The notes: generated from the sequence alone by a model not told the origin. A DNA stretch of 64,000 nucleotides from an uncultured Phycisphaerales bacterium (GCA_963792535.1 CAWBWQ010000001.1:64001-128000), one strand, 5' to 3'; positions 1 to 12,794 are shown, numbered from the stretch's first letter. Made by a program: numbers and translations.

Positions 1-140
1 ACATCTGAGCTATCGGACGCTGATGTGGTCGTTGGTGCTGTGGACGTAGTCTGGGAGAAGGCGGTTTGCGTCAATGCAAACACCATCAGCGCGAGCGGCG
101 CAACCAGATATCGCACCCAGAGTAGAGGGTATCTCGACAT
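1..140 (-). CDS. 5' part of a secreted protein (runs off the window)
   Basis: ATG at 140 after a GGGAG RBS. Reads MSRYPLLWVRYLVAPLALMVFALTQTAFSQTTSTAPTTTSASDSSD: signal peptide plus Thr/Ser-rich linker. Not in the ORF track. Confidence 0.65.
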   Translation of the reverse strand, partial: MSRYPLLWVRYLVAPLALMVFALTQTAFSQTTSTAPTTTSASDSSD

Positions 141-254
141 TTCGGCATCTCCCTAAGCTTATCGGCAGGGGACGCATCGACATTTACTTATATGAAGCTT
201 ATTCGGTTTGTGGGATGTGGATGGCTTAAGTCTGGCTGCGTTGGGCATCCCCTG

Positions 255-1025
255 CTATCGCAATTCATGCCACAACTGTTGCGATTGTTTTGAAAGCGCA
301 CCGGCGTAGTACGCCTGGGTTGGCGCGGCGAAACTCTTGTCCGCGGTTTTGCGATAGACCACATTGGTGTGAGCGCCTGTGGGGATTTTTCCTGCCTTGA
401 TCAGCTGCGGGATGTGATCGTGGTCGCGAACCTGCACATATTCAAAAGGCTTGATTCGCCCGAGGATGAAACTCACAATTTGATAGCTATTCTCGCGCCA
501 GATCGAAAAAGAAGGTCGGCTGAAAATTGAAAAACCCGTGATCGAGCCAGCCGGTGAAAGGGGAACTGTGCATCATGATACCGCCGACGGCGGTCAGGTC
601 GTGCGCCGTCTTAAAGAACTGGAAGACGTTGAAGACATGCTCGGCGGTACCAAAATTGAGCAGCAGTTCAAATGTCTGTGCGAGTGGAACCGGCTGGTTC
701 AGATCGAATTGATATCGGCTGCCCGGTGAACCAGGATCGATGGCAGAGTATTCACCTGCCTGCACGATTGCCTTGAAGAACAGTGCTGCGATTTCATACA
801 GCTGCCCGGGACGAGAGGCGGAAACAACATCGGCCAGCGTTTGCAGATGCTCGTCGCGTTCGCGGGGGTCTGTTACCAGTCGGCGAATTTCATCGTTGAA
901 CTGCCCCAGCGAAACATCTCCGTACCAGTTGCTTTGCCCCATTTCTAAAACGCGGGGGCGCAGCGGGAGAACCTGATGCGCCGGAGGGAAGCGAGCACCA
1001 TGAATTCCAGAGCGGTAATTGCCAT
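255..1025 (-). CDS. class I SAM-dependent methyltransferase-like protein (2 apparent frameshifts, ~978 and ~492)
   Basis: Joins MAITALEFMVLASLRR / HQVLPLRPRVLEMGQS... (487..942) / ORF 255..476. Motifs RVLEMG, FDLN, NFGTAEHVFN, GGIMMH, DHGFFNFQP are typical of this MTase group. Confidence 0.65.
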
Positions 1026-1031
1026 TGTGGT

Positions 1032-1301
1032 TCAGCGCCGATCGTGGTGCCAGTCACCGGCATCCTCATGACGCACATGGCGCTCGTCATAGTAGCCTCC
1101 ATGCCATCGCCGATGGTCATCGTAATATCCCTCATGACGGTAACCAAATTCATCCACCTCCACCACCGGCGGACCACCGACGACGACAGGTGCCGGAGGC
1201 TCGGGCGGCTCGGGGCGGACAATGCAGCCCACCGGCCCGGCCAGCAGCAGGGCGGAATTGAGCAACGCGAAAACTGCGACTTTAAAAGTATGCGGTTTCA
1301 T
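1032..1301 (-). CDS. small His/Tyr-rich lipoprotein
   Basis: GGAG RBS then MKPHTFK...LLLAGPVGC (lipobox-like), Pro-rich linker, repeated HxGYYD. Confidence 0.65.
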   Translation of the reverse strand: MKPHTFKVAVFALLNSALLLAGPVGCIVRPEPPEPPAPVVVGGPPVVEVDEFGYRHEGYYDDHRRWHGGYYDERHVRHEDAGDWHHDRR

Positions 1302-1391
1302 ACTCCAAACCATAGCTGGATTGGGAACAGCCAGGAACCTGAAAAGTGAGCGTTTTGAATGGCGACTTGCCGAGAGCAAACTGAGCGTTGC

Positions 1392-2594
1392 TCAATCGCC
1401 GGGGCCTTTTCCATTGAACACCGGCAGATAGCGATTGGGCATTTGCAGAATGATCAGCGCCATCGACGTGCAGTAGTCTTCGGTAACTTCACCGGACCAT
1501 CCACCATCGGTGCTTTGGCGGGCGATGAGCTGTTCGCGGATGCCGGGATACCATTCTTTCCAGTAATCGCCACCGGCGAGGAACATGGCCTGCACGCTGT
1601 AATAATTGCCGTAGAAATATTGCCCTTCCATGTCCATCATCTCAGGGGTGCCGCCGTGGGATTGGCCGGGTGTGTACTGCTTGAGATATTTCAGCCCGCG
1701 GTCCAGGTCGTTGCCCTGGAAATGCCCGGCATAATATAGCGACGCCACTCCGGCGGCGCTGCGGCCAAACCCGCTGCCGGTGCCTCCACCCATTCGGGCC
1801 ATATAGCTGAAACCCCCGTCGGGATTCTGGCACTGCTGCACATATTTAATCGCGCGATCCATGACGCCGGGGTCGACAAAAATACCCGCATCCCGGGCGG
1901 CCCGCAGCGCCATCACCTGGCAGATGGTGACGGAGATATCTGCGTCATAGGGCACGGGTTGATAGCGCCAGCCGCCTTCATTTCCGGGCTGGGTGCTTTG
2001 CGAACGCTCGATGAGCGAAATTGCTTTCTGCAGGGATTCCTTGACTGAATCATCGCCGGTCATTCCGTAAATTTCGCCTAAAAACAGGGTGGAAAAACCA
2101 TGCCCGTACATCGGGCTCTGCGAATCGTCGGAGACGATCAGGCCTGATTCCTCGCAGCTGTTTAAGACAAATTTCAAAGCCCGCGATACGTTGTCTCCAT
2201 ACTTCCCCCGATTGGGCAGATTGCCTGCCTCCATCATGGCGATGGCCGCCAGCGCCGTGATGCCTGAATGCTTTCCCCCGTTGCCGCGAAAGCTGCCGTC
2301 TGGTCCCTGATGCTCCGCCAGCCACGCAAGCCCGCGCTCAACTGCGCGCTTCTGGGGAGGGGTAATTTCATCGCCCGTCACCTGGTTTGCATGAGCTGCG
2401 ATCCCAACCGGCGGTGGAACCGGCCTGGCGGGCGGATCAGCGTTTACACAAACCGGTAGCACGACGATCAGGATGAGAATCAAAATTTGAAGTGGCCGTT
2501 GCACACCGGCAGCGATGGATCGGCCCGTTAAACGATCTGCGAGAGGATTCGCCTCTTCTGATCTGCGTTTATCCGCGTGCATCTGTGATTTCAT
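1392..2594 (-). CDS. prenyltransferase/squalene-oxidase repeat protein (terpene-cyclase-like barrel), secreted or membrane-anchored
   Basis: Repeated QW-like motifs: WLAEHQGPDGSF, EGGWRY, QCQNPDGGFSY, RQSTDGGW. Hydrophobic N-terminal segment. Confidence 0.85.
   Translation of the reverse strand: MKSQMHADKRRSEEANPLADRLTGRSIAAGVQRPLQILILILIVVLPVCVNADPPARPVPPPVGIAAHANQVTGDEITPPQKRAVERGLAWLAEHQGPDGSFRGNGGKHSGITALAAIAMMEAGNLPNRGKYGDNVSRALKFVLNSCEESGLIVSDDSQSPMYGHGFSTLFLGEIYGMTGDDSVKESLQKAISLIERSQSTQPGNEGGWRYQPVPYDADISVTICQVMALRAARDAGIFVDPGVMDRAIKYVQQCQNPDGGFSYMARMGGGTGSGFGRSAAGVASLYYAGHFQGNDLDRGLKYLKQYTPGQSHGGTPEMMDMEGQYFYGNYYSVQAMFLAGGDYWKEWYPGIREQLIARQSTDGGWSGEVTEDYCTSMALIILQMPNRYLPVFNGKGPGD
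2561..2590. repeat. three degenerate 10-mers
   Basis: atctgcgttt/atccgcgtgc/atctgtgatt, at the very start of the 1392..2594 ORF (encodes SQMHADKRR). Confidence 0.5.
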
Positions 2595-2643
2595 CCTGTT
2601 TTTTCCGATAGCCGCGTCGCCTGGCAGTCCATGTCGTCAGACA

Positions 2644-5600
2644 TCAGTGAACATTTGCCCGTGTGGACATTGAACGGTAATAGTCGTCCACGAGATTCTT
2701 GTATTTATCGAGAACTTTTTCTCCCTGTGTTTCGATCACCGCCTGGCGCTGACGCGGGGTGACTTCTCCCCAGTTCTGCGCCTCCTGCCTGGCGATGTCC
2801 GCAGCGGGATCACCCGGCTGCCCGTCACCACCGCCCGAACTGCTGCCGGCACTTTTGGCGATGGTGGGGTCGGGCTTGGACTGCTGCTTTTGACCCTTGG
2901 TGTCGGCATTCTGCGGCTGTTGCTGCGCGCCGGGTTTTTTTGCCTCGGAGGGATCCCCGCCGGGCTTGGGCGGCTGGTTTTGTCCCTGCGCTCTTTCTTG
3001 CGGGCCTCTTCAATCAGATCATCCAGATTGTCTAAAATTCGTTTTTGTATCTCCTGGGTCACCGGCCCGGGATCAGAATTCATCGCCAGGCGCTGGCGCG
3101 ATCGAGCCATGCGGTCTCCCACCAGGTTCAGGTCGTGTTCCGCGCGGGCCGGTGGCTTGCCCGGTTCGTCCTGTTTACCGACACCAATCAAATCGTCCTG
3201 CAACTCTTTGTTGTCGACTGCCTCGGCGGCGTCACCTGGATTTTTTACCGCTTCCTCAGGCAGTTGATCCCGATTGTCCGGCTCGGGCGGCAGCTTGCTT
3301 TGTCCCTTGGATGCCTTCTGTAAAAGCTTATCCAGCAGATTGCGAAGGTCCCCCTGGCGATTTCCAAGCGACGACAAATCCGCCTTTTCCTTCTGCTGTT
3401 GTTTGTTGATTGCGATCGTTGCGTCATTTTCAGCGATCTGCAAATCCTTCATTAGCCGCAGTTCAGCTTCGGACGGCATACCACTGTTGCTTTTGCCGTT
3501 TCCACCTTCACCGCCGCCTCCGGCATGCTGGGCAAACGCGCTTTCTTCCGGCTTGGTTGCGAGGTCTTTAATCATCGCCTCCAACTGCGCCACGACCTGC
3601 TTCTGCAACGCCTGCGGCACCGCGCCGGTCTGCGCGTTTCCAAGCGAATCTTTGACCTCATTCATGTTCTTTACGATGTCGCGGTTGGCGTAGGTGTACA
3701 CGATGCTTCCCAGCGCCTGCAGCGTTTCATCGAGCTTTGCGGTCTTGTCTGAAACCTTCCCCTGGTCTCCGGTCAATTGATTCAGGCGAATCTGCGCCTC
3801 GCGGGGGAGTGAGCCGTCGTCGTTTCTGGTTGCGCCGTCGATGCTGAGGGTCTTGAGATTCACCTCATTCTGCTCGGCGAGGATCGCCATATACTGCTGG
3901 CGAACGGCCTCTTTTTTCTGGTCTTCCTGCTTCTGCTCGGCTTTCTGCTTCTGTTGATCGATCAGTTTTTTGGCATCCAGCAGTTCTGCCAGCGCGTCCA
4001 CCTGCGCGGGGTTATATGCCATGGCCAGTTTGCCGTCGCGCAGGTTGACGATCGCGCGTTCCATTTTGTCTGCCGCCCGCGTGAGATGATCTGAAGGCTC
4101 AGCGCCATCAGCCAGGTCCTGGGCTGCCTTGGCGATGTCGCGGGTGTTGCGCTCGGTCTGTTCCTGGGCGGAACTCAGCAGGCCTGGTTCCACCGGAGCC
4201 GCAACCGCCCTGGGATCGCGCTCTGAAAGTGTATAGAGCTGAAGTTTCACATCCGCCCCCGTGGCGGTCAGCACGTCATTGCCCTGCAGAAATAAATTAT
4301 CCAGGTTATGCGCCGCCTGTTCACGAAGCAGGATGGCCACCTGCTGTTGCAGCTCCGCGAGCTTTCGCGCCAGCTCATCAAGCTTATGTTTTTCAGCTTC
4401 CCTCAGGTCGGCGAGCATCATCTGCAAACCCAGTTCGGCCTGCTTTTGCGCCGACTGCGCCGCTGCCTGCTGGTTCTGCTGCGTAGCGTCAGAAGCCTTG
4501 GCCTGCTGGCCCGGCACGTTCTGCTGATTTCCAGTATCCGCCGCCTGGCTCATTGCCTTGGAAGCCGCGGGGTCTGACTTATTCAGCTTGTCCGCGTCCT
4601 TGAGAATCTCATCCAGCGTCTTCTGCGTTCGAGCGCCAAGGTCGGCCTGCGCCTTGGCCAGTGCTTCGAGCGTTGCCTTGTCCTGCGTTGAGAGCTGGTC
4701 GGGCGTTTTGCCAAGATTTCCCTTACCCGCGGCTGTGGTTTGGGCGGACAATTTCTGTTGATCGGCCAGCAAATTTCGTACGGCATCTATAGACCGGGAG
4801 AGGCTGCCGATGTTCCCCATCCGATCCAGCACCTTTTGCAAATCATCACCGGCCTTGGACTGGCTCGTCTGGGCGTCGGTCAGGCTTTGATCGCGATGAT
4901 CTTTATCCTCCGCTTGACGGGCATTATTGATACTTCCGGCGGCGTCCTTCATTGGGTTTTCAGCTGCGCTATTCAGAAGATTGCCCACGTCCCTGGCTGT
5001 GTCCTTTAATTCCTGATTGGCGGATTTGTTCTCCTCCATCTGCGCCTGGATATCAGTCAATCGGGTGGCCAATGATTTGGTCTGCGACGCAATGGTGCTC
5101 TGCTGCCCCGCGAGCCGCTCGGCGGCGGTCTTGTCCGCGTTATCCAGCGCGGGCTTGCCTGCGGTCTCTCTGGCGAGTTCGGCCGTTTGCCGCTGCGTTG
5201 CGCCCTGCGATTGCTTCAACACCGCAGCCTGCTCGGCCACGCTGCTGAGCATATCGGTTATCTTATTGTTGAATTCTTCCTGGCTGATAATGCTGATCCG
5301 CAGCTTGCCGCTCGCAACCTGCGCATGCGTCTTGCCGGCAAGCTCAAAGTTGTCCTTGACCGAAGCGAAATATTCCAGCTCATCACCCGGCTTGATTTCA
5401 AACGATTCCGGCTTGGCCAGCACCCATGAATAACCCGCCCGGAACCGCTGCATATCACCGTCTGGATCAACCCTGTTCCACTGAATGCCATCAGCGGCAA
5501 TTGCCTTGTGAACCAGCGGGATTTCCCAGTGCTTTTTGTCGTTGATTCGATCGATCACTAGTGTCAGCGAATCCACCCCGAAGTCATCCTCGGCCATGGC

Positions 5601-6896
5601 GGCGAAAGGGACAACCGCATCAGGCGTTCGGTCTTCATTACGGCGCGGATTCTCGATAATCACTGTGGGGTTCTGATCCGGTCGAACGACAAACTCGAAC
5701 TCCTCGGCTGCGGTGTTTGACAAGCCGTCGGTATCGATTCCGTGCAAATGAAATCGAAACGATTCACTTGCGTCCACCGCAGCGGTCACCGTGGTTCCAA
5801 TTGGCTTGGACCAACTGAATACAGGCACCGACTTAGGCGAAAGAAATTCAACTGTTACCGCTTGCTTCGGGTCCAGCGGTTTGTTGAATTGAGCGGTTAA
5901 TTCAACCTTGGATCCCACGGTCATCAATGCGGGATTCTGACTGAGATTCACATGCTGGGCCGGCAGGTTCGCATACGCCGGGGCGGTGATCGTCGCTTGC
6001 ACCCGGGTAATGGTCAGCCGTTGCACGACTTTCACCGGCGGCAATTCCTTGGAATCATCCCCCGATTCCATCCACACCTTCACCAGCCCGGCCCCTGCAT
6101 CCGCCGGCGTGCGCGCGTCGACCGATGCATGATAAATCCCATCATCGTCCCGGGTCATGTATTCCTGCTCGACGGGTCCAAAATGAGCCCCATCGGCGTC
6201 GCCGTACTGGTAAAAAATGGTCGCTTTTCGTCCAATCCGGTCGCCGTGAGTCAGTCGGATGTTCACATCGATTCGCTGACCGACCGACACGCGATCCGGC
6301 ACGGTTCCAACCAGATCGATGCTGACCGTCCTGGGCCATGGATTGTTGGAAAAGGGAGAAAACAGGCGATCGAAGGCGACGTGGGTATAAGCCGGGTTAA
6401 CCGTATTAACGATCAGCGCAAGCAGCAGCAGCGCTCCTGTTCCCATCGTCGCGGAATACCAGACCGGCGCAGCCACTATCACACGGCTGAGATCCAAACT
6501 TTGCGTCAACCGGGTGGCCTCGGAGACCACCCGCTGCTTCATAATTTCCGATCCCGGCGGGGCGTTGCCCGAAAGGATGTCGATCGTGCTGCGAAGCCGA
6601 TCCTGATATTCAGGAAAGGTTCGCTCGATTCGTCCAGCAACCTCATTCAAACTAAGCCGGGCCAGAATGCTCTGGATGACCCATCGCCACAACGCATAAC
6701 ACAGCCCCCCGAGTGCGATCAGAGTAAGCACCAGCCGGGGCAATGCGTGCAGATTGAGCAGGAAGTCCAACAGCACCGTCGCGATTAAAAGCCCCACCGC
6801 CAGCGTGGCCAATAGTCCCGCACCAAACAGCACACCCAGTAATCGGACACGACGACGAACAGAATGCAACGAGTCGATGAGGATAGTGGGGGACAT
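2644..6896 (-). CDS. large membrane-anchored coiled-coil protein, DUF4175-like (1 apparent frameshift ~2988)
   Basis: ORF 2736..6896 has 3 N-terminal TMs, Ig-like segments (AEDDFGV) and Q/A-rich coils. The corrected frame ends ...NWGEVTPRQRQAVIETQGEKVLDKYKNLVDDYYRSMSTRANVH* at 2644. Confidence 0.8.
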
Positions 6897-7356
6897 ATGA
6901 AAGAATCCTCAGATCAATCACGGGCGAATAATGCCTGCAAGCACGTCGCCAGCATACAAAAAGGTCGACTTTTGCCGTGTGCCCGAAAAGTCGCTAAATG
7001 CCTCACTGCAAATATCATACTATAGCGCCGGCAAACCGCACTTTCGTGCTGAGGCTAATTCGGTTTATGTTTGCACCGTAAGAGCTTTGAACGACGCGCC
7101 TCAATAGTTGGACGGCGGGGCAGCCGGATTGTTGCAGCAAAATCCCGCCGATGGGATGCTCTGGGCAACCGCCGAACCGTCACACCCGCTGCTAATTCCC
7201 CGAAGCGTCGCAACAACTACCAAATGCGTCGTTGTGCGACGCATGATGCGACGTTTTAGCAACAAAATGATAAATTGGGCAGACTCATCCATTCAGCGAG
7301 CCGATCCAGAGCTGACTCGGCTCACGACCCACCAAACCTGTGGGTTTTTGATCCTG

Positions 7357-7433
7357 CTGCACCATCTCATACAGCTCACGCACGACCGACTCGCTCACCA
7401 TCACAAGTACAAACAGCGTCAGCGTCAGCGGCG
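7357..7433. repeat. 77-bp degenerate direct repeat of 7964..8040 (3' end of the vWA gene)
   Basis: Manual alignment gives 68/77 identical with no gaps. Confidence 0.9.
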
Positions 7434-7479
7434 GCGGTGGAGTGTTGCAGCCAAATCCTGGCGGCGTTCAGCTCACGCA

Positions 7480-7930
7480 TCAGCGCCGTCTCTTTTTCGG
7501 AGCATACACTTCATCGTAAACCTGGCGCACTGCGGGATAAGAGAGCACGCCCACAACAATCAAGCAGATGATGAATAGATAGACCGCTGCGGTATTTGTA
7601 TGACCTGCGACGCGGGAATCGCCGTCGGTTCCGGCGCGATATTGAACCTCGATCGGGTCGCCTTCGGTAGCATCCACCGAACCTTTAAAAGTATCTTTCC
7701 CCTGCCGCGCTAAGCCGCGATCGTCGGTGAACTCATATTCGACCGCGGTTCTCAACTCCGGCGTCCTTGCGGTGTAGTCCTCATATTGCCTCACGCGCGT
7801 AACCTGGCCGGGCCCCTTCTTCCCCGCCCAGCGAATATTTAACTTCCTGGCAGGAGTAAAATCCGCTGAAAAGAAACAGGACGATTCCGGCAATAAACGC
7901 CCGCACCTTAAATCGGCTCGACCAATCCAT
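7480..7930 (-). CDS. DUF3592-like small membrane protein (apparent frameshift ~7825)
   Basis: MDWSSRFKVRAFIAGIVLFLFSGFYS (TM) joined to GQVTRV...VEYEFTD...GDPIEVQY and a C-terminal TM. Confidence 0.65.
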
Positions 7931-7963
7931 AAAACTTGCCCCACGTCAAATTTCCGCACTCGC

Positions 7964-10398
7964 CTACACCATTCCATACAGCTTACGCACGACCCACTCG
8001 CTCACCACCACAAGTACAAACAGCGCCAATGTCAGCGGCGCGTTCCACAGCGGTTGGCCCGTTAAAATTGGCAGCACCTTGGCGGCGCTGGGAATTGCCT
8101 GCAGTTCCGGGATGGCATTCGCCAATTCAATCGGTTTACCGAGTGTCTCTGACGCCAGCCGGGACAGCTGAATGCGGTCCACCCGCGGGTCATTTAATTC
8201 AAGCTGCGGCAGCGTCACATCCACACCGGTCTCCATCATCTCCACGCCGCCGACGATGGGCGGGAGGTGAATGGTAAATTTTCCGACCTTGTCCGCGGTG
8301 AACGACCCGGCGAATGTTTCACCGCTGCCGTCGAGTCGAACCAGGTTTTCCATGCGCACCGGTTGTCCGCCGGCGTCCTGCTCCTCAACGCGGATCTGGT
8401 CGGGCAGCTGCCGAACCAATCCCGGGTCGATCACGCGCAGGGTCAGGCGAACCTGCTGCCCGAGTTCGTAGACCGGTTGATCGGCCGTCAGCGTCAATCG
8501 CCTTTGACCGATCTTGCGGTTGCGCCAGATATCTCAGTTGCTGCACCCAGTATGTGTCGAAGACTGATTCATCGGTGTAAAACCGCCAGCGCCAGGAATC
8601 ATCAATCGCTGAAAAAAGCGTGCGGCCTCCGAACCGGCCCGACACCAGGATCGGCGCTTTGTGACCGTCGGGTCCGATCTCAGTAGGATGCTCGGCCAAT
8701 ACCTCACCGACACTCGGTTTGGCGGTAATTCCCCTGCAGTACCAAAACACTTCGGGCCATTGCCGCGCAAGAAATTCATCGTTTTTTGTCGAGTCGGCGA
8801 AGAACCGGAAGATGCTGGTGGAAGACCCCGCTTTTGTCACCACCGGGCGAAATCCCTGGGTGATTGCAACGCTGCTGTCGGTCGATTCCACATGCGACAG
8901 CGCTATGGGCAGCAACGGTTCGATCGGCGTGTTGCGATATGCCTGCGGTGAAAATCTTTCCCCCGCGACCATCGCAAAACCTCCGCCGCGATTCACAAAT
9001 TCATTGACCAGTTGCAGCTGCGAATCCGAAAAATAGCGTGGATCGACATCACCGAAGACCACCACGTCATATTCGAGCAGTTGATCGATGGTGTCGGGGA
9101 AATGACCCGCAACGCTTTTGCCGGAACTGGGCAGAGGCTTGTTCCCTTCCTGCAGAAAGTTGAAATCCGCGCTCGCGAGCAGGCAGGACACATCAACCGT
9201 CTTATCGCGGATCAAAGCATTTTTGAGATAGCGGTAATCCCATCGCGGATAGCCGTCCACGAACAAAACCGCGATCTTCGCATCCAGCACCGTTACCAGC
9301 GTCGATCGGGAATTGTCGGCTTCGTCGAGTTCTCCGGACTGCGGCAAGGCTTCTATGACAACGTCTTTGTTGCCGATCTCCGATGTCTTCCACTGCAGTT
9401 CCACCTCAACGGGCTTGTCGTCGGGCAGTGCGATGTTTTTCTCGGCCGGCGCGCCGTCCACTCCGGGAAGGATGGCATTGGTCTTTTTGTCCTTCAACAC
9501 GACATGAACCGAATGGCCGGCTTCATATCCGCTGCCGCGCACCATCGCCTTGACGTTGACGACATCGCCTTTAAATGCCACATCATCCAGCTGCATGCTC
9601 TGCACCTGGATATTTTTCGGTTGTTGATCGGATCCAAGGGCGATCGGGTAAATCTTCGCGCCGTAATTTTTCAGTGCGTTCAATCCCTCACTGATGTTGT
9701 GCGCCGGTGTGTCGCGGCCATCGGTCAGGAGAACCACTCCGGCCAACCGCTGCCCCTGCAAATCCTCAAGCGCAGTGAGAATAGAAGGAAGCACCTGCGT
9801 GCTCTGTCCCTGCGGTTGCAGGCCCGCGATCGCGGTTGTTGCCGGCGCGAGGTCCAGTGAATCCTTCGAGTTTGCGGGCAACGATTGAATACCGACCAGC
9901 GGCGAGGCATCGCGGTCGAAACGGTACAGCCGAAGGTCATGCTTTTTTGCCAGCGTTCGCAGTAACGCGGCGTTGTCTCCCGACAGGAGATTCCGCGCGA
10001 TCGCCAGCCTCGATTGCGGATGATCCGCTGCTCCGGCATCCGGCACGCGCATGCTGCCGCTGTCGTCCACCAATATCGCCAGAACCGAAGGCTCGATTCG
10101 CGTCTGCCCGAGGGTGAGGATCGGGCGATTGAGCAAGAACAGCACGAGCGTCAGCAGTGATAATCGCAATCCGCCCAGCAGCACGCGCAGCGGTCGCGAC
10201 CGGCCGTCGCGTGAATAGACGTATACAACGAGCAGGATCGCCACCACCAGCAGCGTGATATTCCAGACCGGCGCGCCGAATGAACGCCTGCCCCGGCCAT
10301 GCCGGGTTGAACTGTAGTGACCATTCCCCCTGCGGATGCAGAAAGCCCTTCGGTAAACCGAGGAGAACTTCGAAGGTGTGGGGAAGAGGATTAGTCAT
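7964..10398 (-). CDS. membrane vWA-domain protein with GATase1-like domain (apparent frameshifts ~10278, ~8520)
   Basis: ORFs 9937..10398, 8385..10247 and 7964..8497 join. MIDAS DDSGSM, LLTDG, VLFVDGYPRWDYRYL, SWRWR, C-terminal TM SEWVVRK. Confidence 0.85.
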
Positions 10399-10440
10399 TT
10401 TATGGTTTTATTGCGGCTGCAACTGTCTGTGGTTGGGCAA

Positions 10441-10538
10441 ACTTTCAACGCTCAACTTTCAACGTCCAACTTTCAAAGGAAGAACGGCAATCGTTTCTTC
10501 ACTTCAATGTTGAACGTTGGAAGTTGAACGTTGAACGC
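10441..10538. repeat. heptamer-built palindromic element
   Basis: Left arm actttca/acgctca/actttca/acgtcca/actttca; right arm tgaacgt/tggaagt/tgaacgt/tgaacgc (reverse complement units). Intergenic. Confidence 0.85.
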
Positions 10539-10561
10539 TCGCCCATCCGTAACAATACATA

Positions 10562-12777
10562 TCACGCCTTCTTCTTATAGTGTCCAAACCGCATTGCGAT
10601 AAACGACTCAGCCCCAATCATGCGCGAAGACGCCGAGCATGACCGTCCAGCCCCAGTCATCTCCCATGCCAGTCTGAGCGATTAACGCCGGGGGCTGGTC
10701 GTCGTTCAGTTTCAGATCGATCCCGCCTAATGCATCCTTGATCGCGCTGTCGGAGATCGTGTGCACATCAGCCCCCTCGGCGGGCAGGTTAACCGCTATT
10801 GGAATACTGCCTGTTCCGGTGGAAAGTGTGTAGATTCCCGGCTGCTGAAGCAGGGGGCTGCGATACATCGCCGACCCATCCGATGCGGTGCTTAATTCAA
10901 GCGGTATTGGCGCGGACTTAGGATCGCTCATCGTGGGGGTGGCAGTGAGCTTAACGGTCGCCGGGATCACCATTTGATCTCCGACCGTGAGGTTCATCCA
11001 GCTGTCACCGACATTGACACTGCCCCAAAGCAGTTCGTTTACCAACTCGGTATAAACAGGTTTGCGGGTGAAGGTAATCCATTCTTCGTTGGCCGAGGTG
11101 GAGACGAACACCACACGGCCCTGCCCGACAGCCTCCTGCGTGATGGCGGGGTCGGGCTTTTCACCGCGCGGTCCATTTTCCATCTTCCAGTTCAGCACGC
11201 GCAATTGGGGATCCATCGGCACGTCGGTCTGCCAGTACCCAAATGCCTCGGCATGTTCCATGCCGGTATCTTCCTGGTGCGAAAATGCCCGCAGCAGCGG
11301 ATGCAGGACACCGTTGGGGTTGAAATCAAAATGAAACGCCTTGTCCTCGGCGGCGATCACCCGCCGGGTAAGCGGACCTGGAATTAAATGCCGGGGGAGG
11401 AGCACCGAGTTGTAATTTTCCGGAACGATGTTTTCGCCGAGAAACACCATCAGTGTTCCACCGACACTTACAAAGTTATGAAGCTGATCGGCTTCGGTGG
11501 GTGTGACCTGGCTGACGCCGCACAGCATTACCGCGCGGTAATCGTTCAATACATGATTGCCCAGTTCAAGGTCGCTGATGAGATCCGGGGCGGCAAAGCC
11601 GTCGGACTGGCCGGATTTTCCAAGCCCCGACAAGGCCACCTGCAAGTTGAGACCCGACCCGCCTTCGGTGCCTGCGCCGTGCTCACCTTCAACGATCAGC
11701 GTCTTGAGCTGCGAGACGACATTAATCACCCGCGTGCGGGAATTATCGATTTGTAAACCATCGTCACCGACGATCGAAGCGGTTACCGCGTGGGGCCCGC
11801 CGGCCTTTAATTCCGCCTGCAGACTCGTTTGTGGTTCGGTTTGCGGTTCGGTGGTGGTATCTGGACTGAGACGCCCGCCGCCGCTTAGCAAACGGCCGTC
11901 GACTTTCCATTGCAGCGTTGCATCGTGAGGCGCGCCAAATCCTTTTACGTCTGCGATAAAGTCTGCGCCGAACTGCGTGTTCGTGGTGATCAGATTGGCC
12001 GATGGCCGCACGTCCAGAATCGCTTGATTCCACTGCGGGCCCAGCGCGTAAATTCGAATGCGCCACGCGATACAGGCGGGCGAGTTCCGGTCCTTCGGTT
12101 TTTAAAGCCGCGGCGTCGACGCCCTGCCAGGTTGCCGCCGTGGCATCGGTGAACAGGTAAAGATTCTTGTTGGGTTGCCGCTCGTTTTCGCGACCGACCT
12201 GGATCGCCATCCGCAGGGCAGATGAAAGATCCGGAGCGCTGTACGACTGCGGAATGCGGTCCAGGATCGAGCGGGCCTGCTGCAGATCGTAAGTCGGTTT
12301 GGCGATCGCACCGGCGGCAGGCTTCGCGCAGGTGATAATGACAACCGATTCACCTCCGCTGGTGAGGCGATCAATGATCTGCCCCGCGACAAGCTTCGCC
12401 TGGTCTAGATGCGTTTTAGCACCGGGTCTGCCGGCGAGATACGACATGGAATAACTGTTGTCGATGACAAAGACATGCAGGCCTGTTCTCCCGCCAAAGC
12501 CGGCGGACGAAGTGCTGTCGCAACCCATGGGCCTTGCCAGGGCAATGCCAAGCATGCCCAGCAGCAGGCAGCGCATCGCCAGCAGAAGCCACTGCTCGAA
12601 GCGCACGCGGCGGCGGTTTTTGCGCATTGCGCGGAGCAGAAATTCCATCGCCGCCCAGTTCACCGTGCGATAACGCCGGCGGTTGAGAATGTGGATGATG
12701 ATGGGAATGCTCGCCAGCGCCAGGCCGGCGATTGCGAATGCGGGGGAGAGGAAAGCGAAGGCGAGTGGAGTCAACAT
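10562..12777 (-). CDS. BatA N-terminal/vWA domain membrane protein (apparent frameshifts ~12045, ~10622)
   Basis: PIIIHILNRRR...WAAMEFL...LALARP (BatA double TM), DNSYSM MIDAS, LFTD, C-terminal TM ...AESFIAMRFGH. Confidence 0.85.
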
Positions 12778-12794
12778 CGGCTTTAATAAAAACG

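Noticed and set aside
1392..2594. Squalene-hopene cyclase or terpene cluster
   Set aside because: Only about 400 aa, no DXDD motif seen, apparently exported, and located in a MoxR operon.
7035..7292. Small CDS downstream of the duplicated gene end
   Set aside because: No RBS or family motif, and the reading frame is ambiguous.
7357..8040. Diversity-generating retroelement TR/VR pair
   Set aside because: The 9 mismatches are mostly transitions in both directions, not confined to adenines of one copy, and no reverse transcriptase is present.
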